DNA of 64,000 nt, from the sequence record MF360958.1; one strand, 5' to 3'. The position numbers and the translations under genes were made by a program. The notes under the pieces are model-generated. The model saw only the letters and a list, made by a program, of their open reading frames with translations. It was not told where the DNA came from and did not search any database. Every line of letters begins with the position of its first letter. Positions within the stretch are counted from its first letter, which is position 1. Below, piece by piece: positions 48,046 to 57,748 of the stretch.

Positions 48046-48699
48046 ATGGCACATAAATCGCAATGTTTTTTAAAATGTAAAACCGGTCAATGTGTTTGTC
48101 ATCATTATTCTTCAATGAATAATTTTTTAAAAACTGTTGAACAGCGGTTTTCTCAACCAATAGTGACGTATATGGAAGATCGTTTTGAACAAGAGCAAAA
48201 TGGTAATTATGATCAAAAAGAACGCTTTTTTCAATCGAACAAACAATTCAATAAATCTTTTCAAGGTGCTTCTTTAATTTCTTCAGAAATGTTTGATCAG
48301 CAACTGAAAATGGTTAAGCTTAATATAAATATGCGGTTTTTGTTAAAAAATGCACATAACAGTGATAGTTATTCTGCATTAGCACGTTATTTTGCACAAT
48401 ATGCATTCTATGCACAAAAGATCAATCGTATGGGTAAAAATTCTTCCCATAACTTTATCATTGACTTCACAAAGAATAGTGAATTTTTAACATATAACTA
48501 TTTTGATTTTCTTTTCAGTACTATTGAAGGAATGCATGAGATGATTAAACAACGTATGACGATTCATCCTGAACAATATGTTAGATATCAAAACGATCCA
48601 TCTATTTATCTTGATATGGATAAAGATAAAGTTAAAAATGTTTATAAAACTGAATTAGCGGATTTGAAAGATAAAGATAAACAACCAATTAAAAACTAA
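48046..48699 (+). CDS. Hypothetical protein
   Basis: AGGAGG RBS; Cys-rich N-terminus. Confidence 0.7.
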   Translation: MAHKSQCFLKCKTGQCVCHHYSSMNNFLKTVEQRFSQPIVTYMEDRFEQEQNGNYDQKERFFQSNKQFNKSFQGASLISSEMFDQQLKMVKLNINMRFLLKNAHNSDSYSALARYFAQYAFYAQKINRMGKNSSHNFIIDFTKNSEFLTYNYFDFLFSTIEGMHEMIKQRMTIHPEQYVRYQNDPSIYLDMDKDKVKNVYKTELADLKDKDKQPIKN

Positions 48700-48700
48700 T

Positions 48701-49102
48701 ATGGTTACGTTAACAAATAATCGCATAATGAAAATTAATCAAATGACAGATGATGAAAAAATTCAATATATTTTTACTCATAATAGAGTAAGCCTTGTTG
48801 AGTACATCACAGAACCATCTCAATACTTTCAAATGGAAATTGTTAAAAGGATGCCTTCATTGGTTATTTTTTTACAAGATCCTATTGAAGAAGTTCAAAT
48901 TTATGCTGTAAAGGAGAATGGATTCATTTTAGAGTATATTGAAGAACCTAGCGATAATGTTCAGTTAGAAGCATTAAAACATAAATGGATTGATAAAATT
49001 TATCATCATATCCTAAAGAATTGCAAACAAGAAAATAAAAAATTCTTTAATAAAGAACTTAATAAATTAAAACTATTAAATGGTGCTCTTAGAGAAATAT
49101 AA
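48701..49102 (+). CDS. DUF4116-like repeat protein (family A)
   Basis: YIEEPSDNVQLEAL; FNKELNKLKLLNGA. Confidence 0.7.
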   Translation: MVTLTNNRIMKINQMTDDEKIQYIFTHNRVSLVEYITEPSQYFQMEIVKRMPSLVIFLQDPIEEVQIYAVKENGFILEYIEEPSDNVQLEALKHKWIDKIYHHILKNCKQENKKFFNKELNKLKLLNGALREI

Positions 49103-49105
49103 AAT

Positions 49106-49816
49106 ATGTTAACTATTGATGAAATTAAAGATATTGAAAATAATCCAGAAAAACTTAAATCATTTGATGATGACAAGTTAAAAGTTTGTATTCTTAATGC
49201 TCCCCAATTATTTCCATTAATGGAAAATCCTTCTTATGATGTATGTGTTTTTGCTGTTGTTACTTATCCTTATCTTATAAAAGAGATCTCTAATCCTAGT
49301 ATAAAATTAATAGAAGAATGCGTGATAAATTCACCATTATCACTTCAATTTTTTACAGAAGATCAAATTAATAATATTAATCATGATGTTTTGCTAAGAG
49401 CTGTTGAAAAAAGAGATAATACTATAAGACATATCCCAAATCCTAGTAAAGAACTCCAAATGCTTTCTGTTGAAAGTAAAGGAACTAATATTTCATATAT
49501 TGATAATCCATATGAGGACGTTTGTATACAAGCAGTTAAAACATCACCAGTTAGTATTCGATATATTAAAAATCCATCCAGAGATGCTAAATTATTAGCC
49601 GTAAAATTATCAGGCGTTGCATTACAATTTATTGATTTTCCTGATGATGAAATGCAAATTGAAGCTCTTAAAAGTCATTGGTTTGAAGAATTTTACTATG
49701 AAATTTTAGAAAATTGTATAAGAACAGATCCTGAAGGTTTCTTTAAATCTGTTAAAAAATTAAAACTGGAAAAAGGACCAATGAAATCCTATGTAGATTT
49801 TGAAGATGATGATTAA
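49106..49816 (+). CDS. DUF4116-like repeat protein (family A)
   Basis: IPNPSKELQMLSV repeats; FFKSVKKLKLEKGPM. Confidence 0.7.
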   Translation: MLTIDEIKDIENNPEKLKSFDDDKLKVCILNAPQLFPLMENPSYDVCVFAVVTYPYLIKEISNPSIKLIEECVINSPLSLQFFTEDQINNINHDVLLRAVEKRDNTIRHIPNPSKELQMLSVESKGTNISYIDNPYEDVCIQAVKTSPVSIRYIKNPSRDAKLLAVKLSGVALQFIDFPDDEMQIEALKSHWFEEFYYEILENCIRTDPEGFFKSVKKLKLEKGPMKSYVDFEDDD

Positions 49817-49879
49817 AGATTGAAATAACGTAACGAACTGTGTATACTATTTAACTCATAATCGAAAGGAGAGATTAAT

Positions 49880-50308
49880 ATGAATGCTAAAATTGTTCTA
49901 TCCATTATTGGTGTTATCGTATCAGTTGCGGTAATTCTGAGCGCAACGTGGCTTGTACGATATTACACAGCAGAGCCTAAAGGTGTTGTTAAAACTGAAG
50001 AACAACTCCAAAGTGCTCAAAGTCGAATCAGCCGTTATGAACGGTTCTTTGATCTTTGTACGACTGTTCAATCACAAAAAGCAGCCCTCCAAGCTCAAAA
50101 AGAGCGACTGGATACAGCAACTAATGAGGATACGAAAGAACGTATTCATGCTAATATTGCTGGACTTAAAGCACAGCTTCAACGCACTGTATCTATGTAT
50201 AATAATGATAGTAATACTTATACGTCTGGACAATTTAAAGACAGTAAACTTCCAGTTCGCCTTTCAGTAGATGGACAAACACAATGTATTGTTGATTATC
50301 GCCAATAA
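49880..50308 (+). CDS. N-terminally anchored coiled-coil membrane protein
   Basis: N-terminal TM, coiled coil, YNNDS...FKDSKLP; TTGAAA-17-TATACT promoter. Confidence 0.7.
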   Translation: MNAKIVLSIIGVIVSVAVILSATWLVRYYTAEPKGVVKTEEQLQSAQSRISRYERFFDLCTTVQSQKAALQAQKERLDTATNEDTKERIHANIAGLKAQLQRTVSMYNNDSNTYTSGQFKDSKLPVRLSVDGQTQCIVDYRQ

Positions 50309-50377
50309 TTCATATATAATAGACTTTGTTTTGAGAAACTAAACTAGAAACTAACCCACAAACTAGAGGATTAAACT

Positions 50378-50905
50378 ATGAAAAAATTTAAAACTATTGT
50401 GACAATGATGATCATCGCTATGGCTCTTGTCGTTGCGGGTTGTAATAAAGATACAACTTCAGAAAAACAGGAAGAAGTACGTGATGATGTTCTTACCCGA
50501 GCAAACAATGCTGAGCCTCCGTATAAGCCTAGTAATTTCCTTGTACGTCAATATGTCAATGAATATATGAAACGGCTGGATAACCCTAATAAAACTTGGT
50601 ATATCTATCTACTTGGAGATAACGGTAACCATATTGGTTATTATGTTGCACGTAGTCATCCTGTGAATATTTGTACATTCCTAACGCCTCCTGACAAAAT
50701 TGAAGGTATGGGTGATAGTCGTAGGGTACGTAAAGCACCCGCTCTTGATGGAGCATACTATGGTGGTGGTGCTTGTAATAAAGAATATTTCTTCACAGCA
50801 AGTACTGATGCTCTTATGTCTGTGCCTACACATATGAAGAAAATTGTTTCAGATCAACCTCTGGAAATTGATGTGGAACAAATTAAAGTACAGATCCAGA
50901 AGTAA
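50378..50905 (+). CDS. Lipoprotein
   Basis: Lipobox LVVAG-C after a basic/hydrophobic leader. Confidence 0.75.
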   Translation: MKKFKTIVTMMIIAMALVVAGCNKDTTSEKQEEVRDDVLTRANNAEPPYKPSNFLVRQYVNEYMKRLDNPNKTWYIYLLGDNGNHIGYYVARSHPVNICTFLTPPDKIEGMGDSRRVRKAPALDGAYYGGGACNKEYFFTASTDALMSVPTHMKKIVSDQPLEIDVEQIKVQIQK

Positions 50906-50969
50906 AAGAGTAAACTTTAAAAACTTGGGCATAAATCATGCCCAAGTTTTTACTATTAAGGGATGTATA

Positions 50970-51689
50970 ATGTTTAAAAAAATACTTTATTTTCATTTTA
51001 TGGTAGTTATTGGGTGTTGTCCAAAAATTCTAAAATTGTTTAAACAACCACTCAGTGATGAACTACAACTCTATCTTATTAAAAAGTGTTCTTTTACTAT
51101 CAAATATATGAAAGCACCATGTAGTGCTGTGCAATGGTATATTTTTAATCAATTAGATATAAATCATCTCTATTATATTGATAATGTGGATGAAGATTTA
51201 CAAGAACATTTGGTTAATATTGACTATTCATTAATTAAATATATAAAATATCCAAAAGAAGAACTTCAAATAAAAGTTTTAGAACAAACAATTACTAATC
51301 TTTGTTTTATAAACTATCCTTGTTTTAAAGCTCAAGAATTAGTAATGAATATTTATCCGGCTTTTTTATCCATTATTAGTGAAAAAGTACGTTATGAAGA
51401 AATCGAACTAATGGCTGTTAGAAAAGATGGCAACCTATTATGTTGTTGTAGTTTTCAAACATCTAAAATATGCCGCGAAGCTGTTAATAATACTGGCTAT
51501 GCATATTATTATATTAAACATCCAACTCAAGAAGAAGCATTATTAGCATTATCTAATTGTTGGGAAAAAAATCTATACCATAAAGTTGTTGAAGATATGT
51601 TTAATCATGAATCCAAGATACCGAGTGTATGGTTTAAACGCGAATTCAACAAGCTGAAACTTAAAAATGGAGCATTTGATAATGAGTAA
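50970..51689 (+). CDS. DUF4116-like repeat protein (family A)
   Basis: YIKYPKEELQIKVL repeats; FKREFNKLKLKNGAF; start moved to ATG 50970. Confidence 0.7.
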   Translation: MFKKILYFHFMVVIGCCPKILKLFKQPLSDELQLYLIKKCSFTIKYMKAPCSAVQWYIFNQLDINHLYYIDNVDEDLQEHLVNIDYSLIKYIKYPKEELQIKVLEQTITNLCFINYPCFKAQELVMNIYPAFLSIISEKVRYEEIELMAVRKDGNLLCCCSFQTSKICREAVNNTGYAYYYIKHPTQEEALLALSNCWEKNLYHKVVEDMFNHESKIPSVWFKREFNKLKLKNGAFDNE

Positions 51690-51847
51690 AAAAAGAACTG
51701 ATAAAGATTCCCATCATTGGTTAGACATATTAAAAAAACCTCAATAAAAGTATTCAATATTTGATAACTAAATTCAGACCACACTTTGAGTATTTTCATC
51801 ATGAATTTAAGAAGCTTAAACTAAAAGACAGCATTAATATTGAGTGA
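51682..51847 (+). pseudogene. Collapsed, frameshifted family-A remnant
   Basis: ATG 51682 frame stops at 51745-51747; the +1 frame encodes IQYL...FHHEFKKLKLKDS to TGA 51845-51847; shift lies at or near an A7 run. Confidence 0.55.
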
Positions 51848-51861
51848 GAAATTTTTATAGT

Positions 51862-51963
51862 GGGTGTTGACGAAGGTATTATATATAGATATAATGTTTA
51901 CAGAATTTGAGGGAAAACTCTCAAAACATCTAAACTAAAATTGTATAGGAGATTGAAAATGAC
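51862..51963 (+). promoter_or_regulatory. Promoter-leader cassette, copy 2
   Basis: TTGACG-17-TATAAT, hairpin TTTGAGGG-AAAA-CTCTCAAA, AGGAG RBS. Confidence 0.9.
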
Positions 51964-52564
51964 AAATACACTTACTTTTGAAAATGCAGATGCTGTTGTT
52001 CTCTATAAAAAACACAAAAATGGGAACGAAATTGTCGCTTTTAGTTGGGAAATGATTGAGCATAAAACGAAAACTTATTTTGAATCCAAGGGTGTTCGTT
52101 TTTCTTACAAAACCGGTTATCCAATTCGTAATCAGCCTAAACATTATGGATTTCTGTGGAAAAATCCTGCTCCGTTTGAAGATGAAAATAAAGAGTATGA
52201 ATTTAAAAATATTGTTGTTAAGGCTGAACCTTTTAACTTGGCTAATCTTGAATTTAAGACAGTTATTGATGAAAAAGTTGAAATTAATATTCCTGATGAT
52301 GGAAAAAGTGTTGAAGAAATGCTTGATGACATTCGGGAGCAGTTTGAATTTAATAATATTCCCATGGATGCTCGTATTGTTGGAGTTAATGGGCATGAAG
52401 TTCGTGTCTCCTATGAACGAATAGAAATGCTTGAAGAGTATACTTATCGGCATTATACGCAACATGCTATTGAGTACAAAAAACAATATCAAGAACGTCA
52501 AAATATTCAAGAAAGGCGAGAAAAACTTCTTGAAGAACTTGAAGAACTTGAAAAACATCAATAG
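51959..52564 (+). CDS. Hypothetical early protein
   Basis: Start moved to ATG 51959; C-terminal coiled coil. Confidence 0.75.
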   Translation: MTNTLTFENADAVVLYKKHKNGNEIVAFSWEMIEHKTKTYFESKGVRFSYKTGYPIRNQPKHYGFLWKNPAPFEDENKEYEFKNIVVKAEPFNLANLEFKTVIDEKVEINIPDDGKSVEEMLDDIREQFEFNNIPMDARIVGVNGHEVRVSYERIEMLEEYTYRHYTQHAIEYKKQYQERQNIQERREKLLEELEELEKHQ

Positions 52565-52603
52565 TCTTAAAATAATATTAGTTAATACAATATTTTAAAA
52601 ATT

Positions 52604-52628
52604 AAAAAGGGGATTAAATCCCCTTTTT
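52604..52628 (+). terminator. Intrinsic terminator
   Basis: A5-GGGGA-TTAAA-TCCCC-T5. Confidence 0.8.
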
Positions 52629-52711
52629 AATTTTATTCAAAAAACTATATAGTTTATTTGTGATTTTCATAAATACGTTACATAATTACAAATGGATAAT
52701 GGAGATAAAAC

Positions 52712-52927
52712 ATGAAATTAAGCAATTTACAAAAAGATTTTTCTATTTATGATGCAGAGGGTAACCCCGTAGGACTATTACAGATTAAACAACAAGAAGA
52801 TAATAATGGTGATGCGTGTGATAATGTTAATATTGCTATAGCATTAGCTGGTGATACACCACTACGATTCAATTCTAAAGAAGAATTTGAAGAGTTCGTA
52901 GAGTTAGTTAGAAGCAATTACCAATAA
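52712..52927 (+). CDS. Small late protein
   Basis: CATAAATA 52668-52675; GGAG RBS. Confidence 0.7.
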   Translation: MKLSNLQKDFSIYDAEGNPVGLLQIKQQEDNNGDACDNVNIAIALAGDTPLRFNSKEEFEEFVELVRSNYQ

Positions 52928-53065
52928 ATTAATAATGAAAGACTTTATTTTTTAGAATTTAACTATTGATTTAACTGTTAAACCTTGATAAACTGTCAAT
53001 AACTATAATGTTACATACTTTTTATAGTATGTAATGATCTAATTTTAACTATAAAAAGGATAACT

Positions 53066-55360
53066 ATGACAACATCTGAACAATTTCAAACTGAGAATGC
53101 TGAAAGTAAATCAAAACAAAATATTGATAATAACTCTAATAATATTGAAACATTCTATAAACGTTTCGAACCTAAATTTGCCCACCATAATAGTCTTTCC
53201 ACTCATATTAAAAAAGAAAATGTTGCTATTCGTAAAAAAGTAGCTAAACAAAAAATGAATTCTGAAGATTGTTATGATTTAATACGTATATCAGAAGGTA
53301 ATGATTTTGAACTAAACGGGTCAAATACGATATTTTCAACACCAGATGTTACGGAATCTCTTATAGATCGAATAACAAAAAAATCAAATAATTTATTCAT
53401 GACAAAACCACAGAAAGGGTCTTGTATGAGTCCTTTCATGATACAAGGAAGAAAGTCTAGGAAAAATAATCTAACGACAATTACTGGTGAATTCTCGGTA
53501 GATTTTAATTTTATATTGAATTGTGAAGGCTTTTTTGAATTCATGATCTATTTTTATGATCTTCTATATCATAATCCTGCTGATCAGGAATTGATTGATC
53601 TTTATCATAATTTTGTTGTTAATTCATTGTCTATTACCGATGGTGATAAAAAAAGAACAAGTAGGTATGATAAATCCTGCTCTATTGTGGTATTTCATTT
53701 TTCAGAAATCCTTTATAAAGTTATTAAAAATACAATTGGAAATTATAGTATCCCATCACAAAAATATCCCAAACTGTATAAAATTGATAACAATGAGAAT
53801 TTTGATCAATCAATGAAAAATACCAAAGCATTTGATTATAATACAGGTTCGACTAAGTTTGTTGATATGTATGAAGATTTGATTACAAATTCTCTACTGA
53901 ATCAAGGTCAGAGTATAAAATACAATCTAGACTATGAATACAGCGGTTCTAATGATGAAAAAGAGCATTGGAATTATGAACAATTGTTTAATGATGCATC
54001 ATCATTATTTGAAAATCTACTTAAAGAAACCAATTATCGATCTATCATTTCCAAAGGCATGAACCCTTTAAAAGATAAAAATGTTATCGAACGGGTAAAA
54101 CAGACAATTGATACAAATACAGTTTTGACCGTGATATCTCCTACTTATACGTTTATTGATTGGTCTAATGTTAAACAGTTTCATAAGCAATATTATGAGA
54201 CTATTAATGAATTTTTTGCATTTGCGTTGGATGGCGAACTTCGAGAATCTGAAGATGTTGTTAATGAAAACGCTCTTCAATATCTTCGAAGAGCAATACA
54301 GAATGACTTAAATATATCAGGGAATGAATATATTTCATTAGATATACTTGAATTTTATATGAATTTAGTATTCTCTACTAAAGAACTTAATGACAAAGAA
54401 ACATTTTGTTTAAGTCTTATGAAATCTAATTCCGCATTGAGTACACAATCAAGCACTATGCTTTTATCCAGTACAGGGTTTCGAAATAATAAAAATGATA
54501 TTGGTAAGGATTCATTTGAAAATCATATTCCTTCTTATATTATTGATGCGTATACAAAAGATATAAACTGTACTACTGATGAACATTGTCGTCGAATGTA
54601 TACGTTTTATAATCATGATGCCGTGAATGATAAAAATTATTCAGGTATGTCCTATGCTTTTCTAAGGAAAAATATTTCGAACAGTCTCAAAGTCGATAAT
54701 CAATTTATCATAGAGATGAATCCTACTCATAAGCGAAAAATTAACGAATTACGTGAGTATTTTAAGTCGCGTAATATTGATATGAAAATCAATAATAAGA
54801 TAAGCCATACTCAAATTGAACAAGATTATCCATTTATAGTGAATTTTAAGTTTAATAACACTCAGTATAATCCATCAGGAAGTAACATAGGGCTGGATAA
54901 GCTAGAACACTTTTTTATGTTATTATCTAAGTACTACGATAATATTAATTTCAAATTTAACATTGGTGTATTTGATTTAAGAGCTAATTTCAGTAAAATT
55001 AAAAATGGTATTTTATGTAAACTTGAAAGAATTAATGAGAATTTGGAGTTTTTTAAAGAACTTGGTGACATAGCCAATAAAGACTATTTTGATGTTTTTG
55101 ACATTAAAGTATTTAAACCTAAAATCAATCATCATAAATGGGTTTTTAAAAACCATCATAAACTATTTTATAACTTGTTTGAAAGACTATTCGGAGATAA
55201 TAATGGTGGTATTTATGATTTCAGTGTCATGGTAGAAACTGACAGTCGTAAATTTATGAACATGGCTAAATTGGGCGATGTTAAGCCTAACTATATTAAG
55301 CTAAACATTGAAAATCTTGATGAGATATATCAATTAGCCGTTATTGAGAATAAAATTTAA
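53066..55360 (+). CDS. Large hypothetical protein
   Basis: 764-aa ORF; leader hairpin TTACATACT/AGTATGTAA; no motif recognised. Confidence 0.8.
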   Translation: MTTSEQFQTENAESKSKQNIDNNSNNIETFYKRFEPKFAHHNSLSTHIKKENVAIRKKVAKQKMNSEDCYDLIRISEGNDFELNGSNTIFSTPDVTESLIDRITKKSNNLFMTKPQKGSCMSPFMIQGRKSRKNNLTTITGEFSVDFNFILNCEGFFEFMIYFYDLLYHNPADQELIDLYHNFVVNSLSITDGDKKRTSRYDKSCSIVVFHFSEILYKVIKNTIGNYSIPSQKYPKLYKIDNNENFDQSMKNTKAFDYNTGSTKFVDMYEDLITNSLLNQGQSIKYNLDYEYSGSNDEKEHWNYEQLFNDASSLFENLLKETNYRSIISKGMNPLKDKNVIERVKQTIDTNTVLTVISPTYTFIDWSNVKQFHKQYYETINEFFAFALDGELRESEDVVNENALQYLRRAIQNDLNISGNEYISLDILEFYMNLVFSTKELNDKETFCLSLMKSNSALSTQSSTMLLSSTGFRNNKNDIGKDSFENHIPSYIIDAYTKDINCTTDEHCRRMYTFYNHDAVNDKNYSGMSYAFLRKNISNSLKVDNQFIIEMNPTHKRKINELREYFKSRNIDMKINNKISHTQIEQDYPFIVNFKFNNTQYNPSGSNIGLDKLEHFFMLLSKYYDNINFKFNIGVFDLRANFSKIKNGILCKLERINENLEFFKELGDIANKDYFDVFDIKVFKPKINHHKWVFKNHHKLFYNLFERLFGDNNGGIYDFSVMVETDSRKFMNMAKLGDVKPNYIKLNIENLDEIYQLAVIENKI

Positions 55361-55367
55361 GGATACT

Positions 55368-55868
55368 ATGCAATATAAATCTATTAAACAAAAATACCAT
55401 TATTGTAATAGCAAAAATACTAGAGGTTTAAGAGAAAGGATCTTTAATCATTCTAATAATGTTGATTCTATCAGAAATGTTAAAGATGTAGATTGTTTAG
55501 AACATGATTTGATTATTGACGATACTCAACTCATACATTTTGAATCAACTTCGTACTCATTAATGAACCTACCGTACTTTAATCAATTCGGTATTGATAT
55601 GTACGAATTAATCAATGACAATGATTCCAGAAAAATTTTCAATTACACATTTGATTGTTTAGAAACAAAAAATAGTAACGATTATGAAAACGTTATTAAT
55701 TTTATTACTAATAACACGAACTATTCTTATTCTTTAGATTCCACCTCTTTATTTGGATGGTTCCTTATTACTACTAGTTGTCCTTTAAAAGAAAAGTTTA
55801 AGAATGTATTAAATGAAAATTTTGAAACAGTTGAGCAAAATAAAAATGAATCAATTCGGATATTATAA
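55368..55868 (+). CDS. Hypothetical protein
   Basis: AAGGA RBS before ATG 55368. Confidence 0.65.
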   Translation: MQYKSIKQKYHYCNSKNTRGLRERIFNHSNNVDSIRNVKDVDCLEHDLIIDDTQLIHFESTSYSLMNLPYFNQFGIDMYELINDNDSRKIFNYTFDCLETKNSNDYENVINFITNNTNYSYSLDSTSLFGWFLITTSCPLKEKFKNVLNENFETVEQNKNESIRIL

Positions 55869-56097
55869 GCCATTCATTCCTAGCTTTAATAAAATGTTTG
55901 AAGAAAATTATGATCTGAATTATTTTATGGATGTATTGGATGACTTAACTATGTACGATTTATCGATCACTGTAAAAATGGATTATCCTCATCGAAAATT
56001 TATGAACAAACTAAAACTGTTTGAGGCAAAGCCTAAAAAGATAGTAGCCCATATCGAACATCCATTCTGGAAAACTATTGACAATGCGTTAAAATAA
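55846..56097 (+). CDS. Hypothetical protein
   Basis: Overlaps upstream stop; start moved to ATG 55846. Confidence 0.55.
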   Translation: MNQFGYYKPFIPSFNKMFEENYDLNYFMDVLDDLTMYDLSITVKMDYPHRKFMNKLKLFEAKPKKIVAHIEHPFWKTIDNALK

Positions 56098-56158
56098 TAT
56101 TATAATTTACTCACAATTTTGATAATTGTCTAATAAATCGTTTAGGAGGACTTCAGCT

Positions 56159-56629
56159 ATGTCTACTTATGAAAAATATGATGCCATGCTCAAAGAATTG
56201 GTTGCACCGAGAAAAGAAGATTACAAGCGGTATGATGTTATGAATTTTCGTACCGGAGAATATCTGCATCGTAATCTTTCTGAATCTACCCTCAAAGAAG
56301 GCGGTTATGAAAAACCTACTTTCAAGAGCAATACAAAAGAGCAAGGCGACCTTCTTGTAATTCTTAAAGATGGTTGCGAAGAAAAGTATCAAAAAGATCG
56401 TGATGCTTATTATGATAAGCGTAATCAAATTATGGAAGATTTTAAAAATGAACTTCTTGAAGAAGAAGGATTTACAAGGAATGATATCCGCAAACGGATT
56501 GGCGAGATTGTTTATTCCAAGGCTTGGGAAGATGGCCATTCTAATGGTCTTTCTGAAGTTGAGAATCATTTCAGCGAATATTCTGAAATGGTTGATGAAA
56601 TCCTTCGAATTAAGGATGCTCTTGATTAA
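56159..56629 (+). CDS. Hypothetical early protein
   Basis: AGGAGG RBS before ATG 56159. Confidence 0.75.
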   Translation: MSTYEKYDAMLKELVAPRKEDYKRYDVMNFRTGEYLHRNLSESTLKEGGYEKPTFKSNTKEQGDLLVILKDGCEEKYQKDRDAYYDKRNQIMEDFKNELLEEEGFTRNDIRKRIGEIVYSKAWEDGHSNGLSEVENHFSEYSEMVDEILRIKDALD

Positions 56630-56652
56630 CAGCTAAACGTTTATAATCTTTT

Positions 56653-56681
56653 AAAGCAGCCCCTAATTAGGGGCTGCTTTT
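56653..56681 (+). terminator. Intrinsic terminator
   Basis: GCAGCCCCT-AATT-AGGGGCTGC-T4. Confidence 0.85.
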
Positions 56682-56762
56682 GTATGCACTTGACAGAATT
56701 TTACTCCTTGATAGTATTAGATTACAATTAAAAAATGTCCTAATAATAAGGAATATAACGTC

Positions 56763-57359
56763 ATGGCAAAGTTAAAATATTTTTATTCTGTGATGAATGC
56801 TGGAAAATCTACTCATCTATTACAAGTAAAACACAATTACGAAACATTTAATTCAAATGTTTTACTGTACAATCACCAAAGTGATAATCGATACGGTTCA
56901 GATAAAATTAGCTCACGACTTGGAATTGAGCAACCTTGTATTAGTGTAAACCATAGTAGTGATGTATACATTGATATAAAAAAGAAGCATGAATTTCAAC
57001 ATCTGGCTTGTGTATTAGTGGATGAAATACAATTTTTCTCATACCAACAGGTTTATCAACTTTCTGATGTAGTGGATTATTTAAACATACCAGTCATAAC
57101 ATATGGCATCAAAACAAATGCTTTTGGTGAACTATTTGAAGGATCAAAAGCGATTATTGAATTGGCAGACAATATTGAAGAAATTAAACAACTTTGCTTT
57201 TGTGGCTCAAAAGCAACAATGGTTAGACGTTTTGATACTAATGGAGATATTGTGAAACAAGGTGAAGAAGTTGTTTCAGGCGCTGAAGAAAAGTATATAT
57301 CATTATGTCGTAAACATTTTAAAACATTGGAAAATGTGAATAGTGTTTTAAAACATTAA
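56763..57359 (+). CDS. tdk: Thymidine kinase
   Basis: YSVMNAGKS, SRLG, VDEIQF, LFEGS, C-x-C...CRKH zinc motif. Confidence 0.95.
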   Translation: MAKLKYFYSVMNAGKSTHLLQVKHNYETFNSNVLLYNHQSDNRYGSDKISSRLGIEQPCISVNHSSDVYIDIKKKHEFQHLACVLVDEIQFFSYQQVYQLSDVVDYLNIPVITYGIKTNAFGELFEGSKAIIELADNIEEIKQLCFCGSKATMVRRFDTNGDIVKQGEEVVSGAEEKYISLCRKHFKTLENVNSVLKH

Positions 57360-57748
57360 TCTGGTTCATTTATAACAATACTGGTGGGATCAATTACTAC
57401 CTTTTCAAAAAATTCACCAATAGGTAGTGTTTGTTCTTCACCAGTTTCTTTATGACGCACAGTAATATTTGTTTCGTAGTCCACGCATTTACCAAGTTGA
57501 CGTGCCAACATATTGATTGAGAGACGATAGTTATGATAATTATACAATAGATCTTCTTGATATTTAAATGGTTTAAATAGAACCTTGCCGCGTGTAGGAT
57601 GTTGTACATGGCAATAATTCGTTATAAAGTAATAATAGCCATATTCTTTATCATGTGAACATTTTTTAAGTTCTTCAATTTGTTGTTTTGTAAAGCTTTC
57701 TTTTTGGTGAGCCTTTTTTAGTATATTACCTTCAAGAATCTTACTCAT
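57356..57748 (-). CDS. terL: Terminase large subunit N-terminal fragment fused to split-intein N-half
   Basis: gp17-like YFITNYC...QHPTRG...PFKYQ...ARQLGK then C88-VDYETNITVRHKETGE...IGEFF (intein block A), stop after 43 aa; TATAAATA on minus (57774-57781). Confidence 0.85.
   Translation of the reverse strand: MSKILEGNILKKAHQKESFTKQQIEELKKCSHDKEYGYYYFITNYCHVQHPTRGKVLFKPFKYQEDLLYNYHNYRLSINMLARQLGKCVDYETNITVRHKETGEEQTLPIGEFFEKVVIDPTSIVINEPD

Noticed and set aside
49880-50905. Firm spanin annotation
   Set aside because: A sigma70-type rather than late promoter, and no neighbouring holin or endolysin recognised.
57356-57487. Group I intron as explanation for the truncated terminase
   Set aside because: The reading frame continues into a Cys-initiated intein block-A sequence, and the downstream DNA is the intact convergent tdk gene with no space for an intron.
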